A stretch of 63,991 nt of DNA, counting the filler, from Dugesia japonica (taxonomy: Eukaryota): assembly GCA_001938525.1 (NCBI GenBank). It is 6 parts of 6 records of this genome, joined end to end, with 100 filler letters (N's around TTAATTAATTAA, not from the genome) between each part and the next. Parts side by side here need not be neighbours in the genome. Positions count along the whole stretch, not along the records: positions 9,845 to 19,445 come from MQRL01596384.1; positions 19,546 to 29,384 come from MQRL01586408.1; 4 more parts are not named here. The stretch is one strand, 5' to 3'. Below, in pieces: positions 13,601 through 23,865 of this stretch. A program made the translations under genes and the position numbers. Position 1 is the stretch's first letter. Each line of letters opens with the position of its first letter. The notes below the pieces were generated by a model. That model searched no databases. It was not told the origin of the DNA and was given only the letters and a program-made list of their open reading frames with translations.

Positions 13601-14598
13601 TTACAAATAATATAATTTTTAGGATAACTTGATGCAATTTTTTAATTTTATTTCTATTTCGATATTAATATTATTAACAATAAAAATATTTTTTGTTTTC
13701 TGTCGATAAAGTTCACTTATTAATCATACTTCCTACCCGCATGATCCGCAAAATTGAGTAAATCTGTTAAATCTAATTTCATCTGAATATTGGTATGTAT
13801 AATTACTCATTTTTTTCGTATATTCAATGTCCGACTGACCTTGTTAGTGATTTAAGTTGACATAATGGGTAGATTAATTGAAGAAAATTACTACCATAGT
13901 GTTAGTGATAAATTATCTTGATCACCGATATAAAATGAAATTGGTCTGTTATCCTGCACACTCACAGTTATTTTTCTATTCACCAGTGTGTGTCGTAATT
14001 TTTACCATCAACCCATGTATGACCTTCAAGGTGCTAAGTAACAAGTAGCGCCCGAATTTAATTAAAATTAAAATCCAACTATATGTTCAAATATTTGTAT
14101 TTGTTGTCAATAACTAATATAATAAGAAAAAGAATAAATATAAATAATTATGAGCATATATACATCTAACAACATATAACAACATTAAAATAACGTTATA
14201 ATAATGATATATAATAATATTATAAACATTAATAGAAAAATTAAAATAATAATAGATTGATATGCTATCAGTGTATTAGTTTATGGTTGATATATTTACT
14301 AGTAGTAATATTAGAACTAATATTACTCCTTTCACTGACATTACCACTGTTACCATTGACACGTATTATTGACTGGATCCTGTAGAAGCGAACCTTACTA
14401 AAATTATGGGGAAAAGAAAATAGTGCTATTGCGACCATCCCTGCTACTCACCTTAACTATTATATCCAGGTTCTTGAGAACTCCATAGAGTGAATTCATT
14501 CTTGTCATTTTTGATCTCTACCAACAAATAAAAAAAATTTGTGGGAATATTTATTTCTTGCGGATGGTATAGTAATATGAATCGGTTTTAGATATCCC

Positions 14599-14784
14599 AT
14601 GTCGGATATACTCCTAACAACTCTTCAATTAATTCAACGAGAACTTGAGCGATCACGCAAAAGGCAATTAATCGGACATCTCATAGCTCCCAGCCTGATT
14701 ATGCATCCTGACGAAACGGATTTGATTTGCTTCGCCGAGATGTTTCCGTTGCNAGCGAAATTAGATAAAGATGAGGAAGAATAG
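14599..14784 (+). CDS. LTR-borne small protein a (unknown; HPDETD motif, acidic C-terminus)
   Basis: ELERSRKRQLIGHL..HPDETD.ICFAEMF aligns with copy B ERQRVRRKQLLAHL..HPDETD..FVEMF; TTTTAG acceptor at ~14591; AATAAA at ~14815. Confidence 0.6.
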   Translation: MSDILLTTLQLIQRELERSRKRQLIGHLIAPSLIMHPDETDLICFAEMFPLXAKLDKDEEE

Positions 14785-14926
14785 TCTTTGCGATAGTACA
14801 ATTAATTTAATTGAAATAAAAAATTCAGGCTTGATTAAATGTCTAATTTAAATTTTATTTCTTATTTTCTCCGTTTACTGATGAATATACTAACATGTTA
14901 CGATAAATCAAATTTTATGTCCCAGA

Positions 14927-15268
14927 ATGGAATCAATATGGGAAATGGACCGCAGAACTCGTCGAATAATTTTTCGACGACATAGGAACCCGCATAATCG
15001 GGACGCAAGCATTCTATCTGACCAGTCCAACCTACCCCCAGTAGAAGCAATAGTCGCCAGAATCCAAGACTTTGGTGAGAGACAAAGTTATCAGAGCTGG
15101 ACAGGGCCTGACCGAACCCTTGCCACGTCATTCCAGTATCAACCTTCAGCCCCACCCCCAGCGGTGCAGGCCTTTATTAACAATTTATTATGGGGTGTAA
15201 GAGAACCCTCGGGTAGCGAATATTTAGAGAATACCGCACCCGTGGCTGATTCGGCACCTACTCTTTAG
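14927..15268 (+). CDS. LTR-borne small protein b (113 aa, Arg-rich N-terminus, Pro-rich centre, unknown)
   Basis: Intact ORF after CCCAG; aligns nearly end-to-end with copy B (DRRTRR.IFRRHRN, DQSNL.PVEA.VARIQ.FGER, SFQYQP.AP.PAVQAFI.NLLW) with many third-position differences. Confidence 0.7.
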   Translation: MESIWEMDRRTRRIIFRRHRNPHNRDASILSDQSNLPPVEAIVARIQDFGERQSYQSWTGPDRTLATSFQYQPSAPPPAVQAFINNLLWGVREPSGSEYLENTAPVADSAPTL

Positions 15269-15466
15269 AGGTATTTTTTTGTGTGTTACTATAAAATACC
15301 TTATTTTTCCGGACTTATAACAAAATCTTTTTATCCAGTAAAGTTTTCTTTTATTAAAAATAACATTAACGATGGATAATTGTCCACCGAGTAACAATAG
15401 GTGTAAGTGGTTGGTGTTATTCACCAAATCTTTATATTATGTTTGATCAATTTCGTTTTCTTCTAG

Positions 15467-15801
15467 TGCACTCCTCACTGAATCGCGTTAGAACCCCGAC
15501 CAAGAAAGTGAGAGCTTCTAGTGACGAAACCGAGATCACTTTGGACCTCTATAAGTTGGCCAAGCGGCGCTGGGAGGCTGATGTAGCAAACGCAGCTGCC
15601 AAAGTTCAGCGTTAAAAAAAGAAGTGCCTAGCCTTCAAAGCGGAAGCCGAGATGTCCNNNNNNNNNNNNNNNNNNNNNNNNNNNNNNNNNNNNNNNNNNN
15701 NNNNNNNNNNNNNNNNNNTTGGTGATATTATGAATTTGAGAAAAATCATGCCCCTAACACCGCTGATGGTGGATAAAGGGGTCCAGACCTCTTGTCCGTA
15801 A
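15467..15801 (+). pseudogene. LTR-borne small protein c exon (coiled-coil-like, unknown)
   Basis: After TTCTAG acceptor: (V)HSSLNR..PTKK...LYKLAKRRWEADVANA ... PLMVDKGVQTS; same motifs in copy B; one stop and a gap. Confidence 0.6.
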
Positions 15802-15924
15802 ACCTTATTTTACTGCAATCTAATATATTTTTCTATTGTGTTTAATTTCGTCCGAATTATTTCCGTCTTTACATTTAGTTTTATCATAAACAAAATATGA
15901 ATATCATTAATAATTTTCTTTCAG

Positions 15925-16312
15925 TGCCTCAAATTATCTTTCCGAATAGTATTCGACGTTGCCACAGAATAATGCACCGTCTCTTAGTAGAAAGGCACCT
16001 TAAACGGAAAACAGACAGAGCACTAATAAAACATCTTACTCAACAAGATAAACTTATAAAGAAACTTGATCTGATAGTTAAAAAACAAAGTGAGCTAGCT
16101 ATCCAAACAAAAGCCCTCTAGGAGGAGAATGAACAATCCTTGCAAAGGAAAATTGACTTCTTATTTATTTATTTTTTATTTCTGACCTCTTCCGCCAACT
16201 TGGCAACCTTACTTGGGTGCAATGGGACGACAATGATGACATAGCTTCGTTCAATTTTTTGTAAACTGACCCAGCCCAGTGGCTCGACCCTGGCGTTTTC
16301 GATGAATTATAA
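15925..16312 (+). pseudogene. LTR-borne small protein d exon (coiled coil plus Trp/acidic tail, unknown)
   Basis: After CTTTCAG acceptor: (V)PQIIFP...LLVERHLKRKTDRALIKHL...KKLDLIVKKQ...KIDFL...ASFNF..DPAQWLDPG; conserved in copy B. Confidence 0.6.
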
Positions 16313-17040
16313 TGTTTTAATAATAGATGTTTTAAAACAATGTTTTGTTTGAGTTATTTAAGGGAAAATCATGAACGCAAATTAAAGGTGTACGAGAGTG
16401 CACCTCCCATGAAGTAGGAGGTCAACCACTCTACACTGAATACCTAAACTAGGGGCTTTATGTTAAATTCTTGAAAGGTTCCCCTGAGGGCTGTTTTTCC
16501 ACAGCCAACAACTTTTTGATACGTAACTCAGGTGGAACCCCAACAAATATGACATCAATTTATATTGAATTAGGTAATTAAATTTAGTTTTAAGGTATAT
16601 AATTAATGTAAGTAGAAATTATGACGGGGCGATGTTTTTTAGAGTGCGTTGAGGTTAGTAGGTGACATTTCAATTTTCTTAACTGAAAAATTACTATGAT
16701 AGATTCATGGAAATAATAATTGTAATTAATGACTATATACTAAACTATTTGATTAGCATTAAATTGAAAAATTGATTTCAAAGTAAATTATTAAACTGAA
16801 CAATAAAAATAGTAATGAGTATATAATAGATTTTATTAAAAAAAGCTTCGATCAATTTTTTTGTTTTTAATAATATTTAGAATTTTATTTTTATAATAGA
16901 AATATATTTTTGAATTAATTTATTTTATTGAATTCTAAATTGGTAGTTTTAATTATTTAATTATTATAAATTACATTGATTTAAGATTATCTTCTTTAAT
17001 TAGTAATTCTTCATGTTTTGTACCAGTATTAGATTATAAA

Positions 17041-18170
17041 TTCAAAACATGGATCGAAACACCCAATGAGGGAAAAGTCAAAATATTTGAAACTAGAAAT
17101 GAATTTACAATAAATTATGGTGACAAACCAATATTTAATTTTTACCTACGAGCATTTCAATCAACCACATCAAGAAACGAAAGTACAACTCAAATCATAT
17201 TGTCGATTTTTCTAATGTTGGGATTAATAAAACAAACAGGTCTGATAGCGAATGATTGTAAAAATCCCATTCCATCTGGTTTATATTCATTAATAGACGC
17301 TATAGAGTATAATGACGCATATCCAGGCAAACTGGATGCTTTCTGAACAAGGAAATTAAAAATCGATAGTGTGATCTTATTAACAGCAGAAGTTGGCAGA
17401 AGAAGTCGTTAGAAGTTGTCATATCCATGAGAATGGAAACTAGGCCAGACTTACGAAAACAAGACGAAAAAACTTGGTAAATTGAGTTATGGATTTGGGA
17501 GATTATAATATAAATTCGAAAGAACATTTAAAATAAAAACGGGAAAAATTGTGGTGAATGCAATTCAAAGTTCTCTACTTGCCGAAAAGGATTTGCTACA
17601 CTCTTAAATGATAAAAGAGAGTTATAATTCATGCAACTAAATGGAACTAAATTTAAACGGAGGAAATGGAGTCAAGGATAACGAGTAACCAAGAAGCAAG
17701 TACGGGATATATTTAAAATGAGTGGATACATATGACATTTGTTAGTTGGCTTATTTCTGTTTTGAGCAAGGTTTTTTATGATTAAGCGTCATGACGATGA
17801 GATAAAGACGTTAAAAATAAAAAGTGAAACCGTCAAGCATACAATGGAACGATTAAAACCTGAGTATAATAAGGTAATAGAAATACCATTAGTAATAGTT
17901 CCGCAGATGATATAGGATAATGAAAGGAGTTCAAGAAAGCAGATCGGTCAGAAATTTAGACATCGTTAACGCTCACAATCATCTGGAAACAAAAGAGATG
18001 AGAAAAAATCTTTACAAGGATTATTCACCAATAAATATGAAAATTTCACCAACTGCACCACCAAGTTATCAAACAAGGGAACTGGACGAATTACGGATAC
18101 ATATCAACGATATGGAAATACGTATAAACAAGACCAAGTTCGATGAATCTAGTAATAATTTTCTTTGAAA
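17041..18170 (+). pseudogene. Degraded env-like membrane glycoprotein of an LTR retroelement
   Basis: Open frame from 17041 gives signal-like IILSIFLMLGLIKQTG then LIANDCKNPIPSGLYSLIDAIEY (like LIAYDC...YSL.D..C); hydrophobic stretch ~17730-17780; tail contains PTAPPSY; TGTTGGG at ~18317 may start a 3' LTR. Confidence 0.45.
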
Positions 18171-18328
18171 GGCAAACAGGTTTACAGTTACCAGAACATT
18201 TTGATAATAATGATGTACAACAACAGTTACATGAATGGGATACAAAGAACATACAATCGAGAAGCGAGCAGATGATAATTAATTTAGACAAAATCTAGAC
18301 TCTCAAAGAAAAAATATGTTGGGTATAA

Positions 18329-18420
18329 AGTAGATAGATACTAGCAAACTGGATCAGTACCACTCCTACTCACCGCTGACTAAGTGATTCAGTAATTTTA
18401 GTGATCTAGAAATGTAAGAT
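18329..18420 (+). mobile_element. Polinton/Maverick-like terminus
   Basis: AGTAGATAGATACTAGCA..CTGGATCA matches the termini at 37628, 55760, 60432 and 63772. Confidence 0.5.
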
Positions 18421-18622
18421 TTTGATTATGTAAAAAAATTCGAATTAAGGTTAGAATGGTCAAATTTTGCTCGGGCAATTCGAAAATTCGAATTTCTTTG
18501 TTCAAACTTTTGGTCAATTTTTATCGTACAGTTTCGAACTCGATAATGTTGAATTAAGAATTAACATCTAATATTTTTACATAGGTTTTGTTTTATAAAA
18601 AATTTAATTTCCAAGATAAAGA

Positions 18623-19186
18623 CACTAGCGCACTTGATCACTTGGTCTGATCTATGAATTTATCGTTCAGTACTTGTCGTATTGCTTCGTGGATAGTACC
18701 ATTTGATTCAAAATAAAATTGTGAACATTTCTTATATAGTATTTGCTGTATAAATATGCTTGTTTCGAAAGATAGAATTTTGCCGGGTACCATGTCCCAC
18801 CTTGGATAAAAAATTATTTTTATCAGGAAATCAAACAAATTTAGTATCATTGAACTCGGAATTAAAAACTGGACATTTTTTATAGGGTTTGTTGTATATG
18901 TAAATAGTTTGTAAAAGTAAATCAAAGTTTATTTTTACAAAAATCATTAAAATTTGAAATTTATTGGAAAAATCATGAATTTAAAAAAAAAATGTAAAAT
19001 TTTGGAAATTTAATGAAAATGAATTAAAATTAACACATCAAATTAAATTATTAGAAGGAAGCATTTTTATACAACAAACCGTATACAAAAAATCTTCATT
19101 TTTTAGTAATATCAATTTTGAGTTCATACGATTAATATATACTTAGAAATTTAGGAAACAAGTCAAAGTGTTCCAGTGCGGTAGTA
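18623..19186. mobile_element. Non-autonomous TIR DNA element
   Basis: CACTAGCGCACTTGATCACTT pairs imperfectly with AAGTGTTCCAGTGCGGTAGT at the right end. Confidence 0.4.
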
Positions 19187-19445
19187 TATTTTTCCAAGAG
19201 AACCAAGAATTTTCGTATAACAAACCCTACATAGCAAATAAAGAACTTTTAATTATAAGAATTTTTTTATTAATAAATTACCAAAAAATTTAAAATTGAA
19301 AATTAGTAAAAATCTTAGGAATAAATTGAAAAATGAATATAATAGAGTTATATCATAAAACTTCATTAAAGATACATTTAATTTAGTTATTTAAAGCATT
19401 TAGAAGGTAGCAAAATTAAAACTAATAAAAAGAAATATGAATAAA

Positions 19446-19545
19446 NNNNNNNNNNNNNNNNNNNNNNNNNNNNNNNNNNNNNNNNNNNNTTAATTAATTA
19501 ANNNNNNNNNNNNNNNNNNNNNNNNNNNNNNNNNNNNNNNNNNNN
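19446..19545. other. Artificial scaffold linker
   Basis: N44-TTAATTAATTAA (19490-19501)-N44. Confidence 0.95.
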
Positions 19546-19869
19546 TAAAAAGATTCCATGAATTGAAACACTATCTAAGAAAAGATAAAATTGTTTTGCA
19601 TAGTCTTTCATTGAGGTTTACAGTATATTACAGTATCAATAATGGAAATTAATAAAGAAAATTTGATATTAGGTTAAGTTTTAAACAATNTAAACAGAAT
19701 CTCTAGAATTTTTTACTTTATTATTTATATTTGTATTTACTTATATTTATATTTATTTATTTATATTTATTTTATTTGCATTAAATTTATATTCTATTTA
19801 TATTTATATTTATATTTTGAATATTCAAAAATTAAATATTTTAAAATTAAACATTTTTTTAATATTTAT

Positions 19870-20060
19870 TTAAAATAAAAGCTTCGATCAAAATTTGTTT
19901 TTCTGGTTTTTGATAATAATTCTATATTTAGACTTTGTCTTCATCAGGAATTGACTTTTCAAACAAATTTTGATCGAAGCTTATTTTTTAAATGAATTCT
20001 CAAAAACGATCAATGGTTACGTCCAACAATTATTCTTGCAATAATTGTAATTGTGAAATT
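19870..20060 (-). repeat. Penelope-like terminal repeat with degenerate minimal hammerhead (19919-19951)
   Basis: - strand ATTC-CTGATGA-A-GACAAAGTC-TAAA-TATA-GAAT inside an AAGCTTCGATCAAAATTTG palindrome. Confidence 0.55.
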
Positions 20061-20444
20061 TTTTTAATATATAAAATATTATCTTAAATTAAATTTGTTA
20101 GAAAATTCATTTTTCTTCTTATTTTCCACTAAAATTTACTATAATAAAAATAATCATTAAACTACAACAACAATGAAAGACAATTAAAAGGATTTATTTA
20201 CTAATAAAAGGGTTTGAATTACAAAATTTTAGAAAATTATCTTAATATTTAATTATTAAAATCACAATTAAAATAAAAAAAATAGCACCAAAAGTTATAT
20301 AAAACTATTTAGCAATAATTTGAATCAAATTAAAACAGACCTTTACGATTCTCTGAAAAACGTACACAATAAAATTTATATTCAAAAATTTCCACTATTC
20401 AAAAGATTTCTAGGAAGCTGCTACAAATTTATTTTTAAAACAAC

Positions 20445-20612
20445 ATTCAATTACAATTATTGCGAGAATAATTGATGGATGTAATCATTGATCGTTTTTC
20501 AGAATTCATTAAAAGATAAACTTCGATCAAAATTTGTTTTTTTGTTTTTGATAATAATTAAAATTTTCGACTTTGTCTTCGTCAGAAATTGATATTTTTT
20601 GATCAAAACTTT
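20445..20612 (-). repeat. Penelope-like terminal repeat with minimal hammerhead core (20558-20589)
   Basis: - strand CTGACGA-A-GACAAAGTC-GAAA; same family as 19870, 49600 and 52525. Confidence 0.6.
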
Positions 20613-20909
20613 TGCACCTAAAATTAAAAAAGCAAAAATAACTAAATTTTTTATAAAAAGCCGCCATCACATTATTCATCACAAAATTATTTTCGAATTT
20701 TTAAAGAAAAATCAATTAAATCCATTTACATGTATTATGTATTTTTTATATTTTATTTTATAGTTTATTCTCCTCATACAGTGCATAGAAAGTAAAATGA
20801 ATTTTTTCTAATTTTTTTTTACTTTATTATGAGGATGTACTTAAAAATAGAATATTTTAAAAATTCAATTAAAAATAAATTAACATTAACTTTTATTATT
20901 AATAAAATA

Positions 20910-21165
20910 ACGATCCAAAGTAGTTTGGATGGAGGTATTTTCAATTATTTCATCAATATTATTTGATAGTTGTAGAAGATTTATTTTTACTGTTAAATTC
21001 TTCCTTTTCATATTCTAATTTCTTTTCTATTGTTGAACTGTTTCCTTTGAGACAATAACATAAGAGTCAGCTGTTCTAATTGAGAATCCTTCTTTAATTT
21101 TCTTGATAATCTCTACTTTATTATTAATATTGATGGTTTTCTCTGTTTTAAAATTTTCTTATCTA
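20910..21165 (-). pseudogene. Tigger-like HTH_psq fragment
   Basis: KTININNKVEIIKKIKEGFSIRTADSYVIVSKETVQ. Confidence 0.45.
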
Positions 21166-22660
21166 TTTAGGAGTAAAAAGCAAAAATAAGGACTTCATTA
21201 TGTTATGAAAGTTAATTATTTTTAATTGTTTGACTATAAATTCATTAAAAATTCCCAACATAAAAATTATTATTTTAAATCATTCTCTCAATTTCAATGA
21301 CAAAAAGCATAATTTTTCATTGTTTAAATTTGCAATTAAGATTTTAAGTACACATAAAAGTAATTTTAAATTATAATTTGGTATCATATAAATTATTAAA
21401 TTTTAAAATATTTAGCATCCAATAATGTTAACACAGTAAAAAATAAAAAATAAAAAATTGACGTACTTAATAAGGGTGCACTTTATGTGTAACTGAGTTA
21501 TCACTAAAATGAATTTTTAACCTCAATTCTGTATGGTAAATATTATTTCTACTGGTAGTCTTTATATGATTATGAAACTAGAATTTTCATTTTAGTATTT
21601 TAATTTAATATATATAATTTAATATAATCAAATCAAAAGATTAAAATATGTTTTAAAAACATATTTTAAAATATATTATAAAAAATATTTTTAAAATATT
21701 AATATATTTCAATATAAAACTCAAATAAAATTCAACAAAATTATCAAATGAAAATTACTTGAAAATTTTAAGCCTTTATTAATTTTGGCAATAATATTTA
21801 TAAATAAAACACGAATTTCTTTTTATAAAAAAATTAAATTCTTTAAAATAAATTAAAATTTTCATTTCAAAAATTTACAAATTATGATATTGACTACAAT
21901 GTTTTTTTACTCATTTTTACTGATGTCATTATTCTTATAACAAAATAATACTAATTACAAATGGTTAATGCCAAATAACATTATTTATTGATTTAAGTCA
22001 AAATAATTTTCTTCAACTACTTGATTTTTTTTTCAAAGAAATTATCAAAATTTTCAAGATGCAATTAAATATTTTTAATAATTATACTTACCAATCTCAA
22101 CCAAACATTGCTTTTCATTATTTGTGATTTTTCTTCCTATAGAATAAAAAATATGTTTCATTCTGAAATAAATCGTTTTTAAAAAAAATTCAAACAATAT
22201 TTTCACATTAAAAGAATAAAATATCATTATTAAATTAATGACTGAAAATATAAGAAAAATCAAATAATTAATATATAATGAATTCATGGTATTTTTTTTA
22301 TCGATTTTTAATAATTTGATACTTAATTTAATTTAATCTGACTCCAAGTTTGTGTTCGATAATAAATGAGACCCATATATATGTTGCGTTTTTAGGATTT
22401 GATGTTTTAAAATGTTAGCTTCAAATTTACTGATCTCGCTTTTAATAATTACTATGGCATTTATATGTTAGGAGCATACCTAAAAACCACAAGTATTTAT
22501 GTCACTTCTGTTACATGCCCCTTTCTTTCCGGATACCAATAATCTAGCATGCTCAGTAAGACTTCACCAGAACAATTTTACCTAAATAAACAAAATCTCA
22601 AGAAAATCATAAGGCTATATCCACATTCATTAATATTTATTGAAGTACATGTACGATCCG

Positions 22661-22984
22661 TTAATCGGCATCCAAGTTGACTGTATGCTCCGTGATTGAA
22701 CTCGTCTCTTCTGGAGATCGGTAGTTGAGCCATAGAGTTTGCAGGGAAACGGACATTGAGCCTTCTCGGTCCGCATACGTCTTGATGATGTCGGCCATTA
22801 ATCGGTTCGCGTGCTGAAGGGATAGTTCCTTCTCTTTGATCTGATTGTATTTGGCCGCTGACTTCTGCACTTGTCCCTTCAACTGCAGTATTTCGTTTTT
22901 CAATTCTCTCCGTTCCTCTTTCCATCTTTGCTGGGCTGATGTGACATCTTTCTTCACCATGCGCTCATCATTAGACTTATTCAC
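22661..22984 (-). CDS. Small coiled-coil protein exon, distantly like LTR protein c
   Basis: Begins after TTTGTTAG|TG; AQQRWKEE and SMSVSLQT echo AKRRWEAE and MVDKGVQT. Confidence 0.45.
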   Translation of the reverse strand: MNKSNDERMVKKDVTSAQQRWKEERRELKNEILQLKGQVQKSAAKYNQIKEKELSLQHANRLMADIIKTYADREGSMSVSLQTLWLNYRSPEETSSITEHTVNLDAD

Positions 22985-23261
22985 TAACAAATAATAAAAA
23001 TTAATATCGTTAGTCGTAATGTGATTATACTAAGTTTAACTACGATAAAATTATAATCAAATAAAAGAATCTAAAAATGGTTATCATTAACAGAAATTCC
23101 TTCGAGTTCAAAATATTTAATCCGCGATCATCTTTCCCACCAGAAAAAATTTACAAATGCCGATATTAAAAATTAAAAATCATAAAGTGACATACATATC
23201 ACCAGAACTTAATTTTTTCATTAACAAAATAACTAAACACAATTTCACTATACACAAGCAT

Positions 23262-23609
23262 TTATTCATTATTTCCCATCAACCACTCCACTTTTACAAT
23301 ACTTGGATCTGGACAACATTCCGAGCCGACAGCATCCTCGGGTGTCAGCAATAGGACCTGATCCTCGAGTTGGCCCAATAGTAAATTATGCTGCATCTGT
23401 TGGCATAACTTCAGCTTCGACTGAGTATTCATTAACTGTTTCGCTACCAATTGGCCGCCTTTGTAGAGTAGCTCTGTTTTTTCTTTTTCGTATATAGATT
23501 TTTGGTCGTCCAACAATTCATCTGTATTATTCCAGGGAATCCAGAACGTCCCCTCCTCTCCGTAATTGGTAAGCACAAGCGGGATGTGCGGTTTAAAATA
23601 GGCTGTCAT
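23262..23609 (-). CDS. Hypothetical 115-aa protein inside the second LTR-like element
   Basis: Intact ATG-stop ORF with protein-like composition in AT-rich DNA; AATAAA overlaps its stop codon. Confidence 0.5.
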   Translation of the reverse strand: MTAYFKPHIPLVLTNYGEEGTFWIPWNNTDELLDDQKSIYEKEKTELLYKGGQLVAKQLMNTQSKLKLCQQMQHNLLLGQLEDQVLLLTPEDAVGSECCPDPSIVKVEWLMGNNE

Positions 23610-23730
23610 GATTTATTAAAAAAGAAAGTTTAAATTTAGTTATTTTTCCGACATGAAGGTAAAAATAATTTTAAGCAAAAGCGAAAAATAAGACAAATAA
23701 ACAGCTATCGTTTCTTCGGCCTGCGGCCTA

Positions 23731-23865
23731 TTAGTTCTGATTCCCCGCTTCTAACATGCAAACCAGAGAAGATGACGATTTAAAACCATCATCCTTTCTC
23801 GTTCTCATGTTTATGGAGCTCTCGAAAGATGTACTATCAATAGAAAATTTTCCTGCGGCGACCCT
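23731..23865 (-). CDS. Short exon in the second LTR-like element
   Basis: TTCTACAG acceptor followed by VAAGKFSIDSTSF...EAGNQN*. Confidence 0.3.
   Translation of the reverse strand, partial: RVAAGKFSIDSTSFESSINMRTRKDDGFKSSSSLVCMLEAGNQN

Larger units (their letters stand above)
12561..16545 (+). mobile_element. Giant solo-LTR-like element, copy A (3985 bp), carrying a four-gene cassette
   Basis: TGTTGGGGCGAAACACCCAGT ... AACTCAGGTGGAACCCCAACA; AATA duplicated at 12557-12560 and 16546-16549; colinear homology to 44828-48788. Confidence 0.85.
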
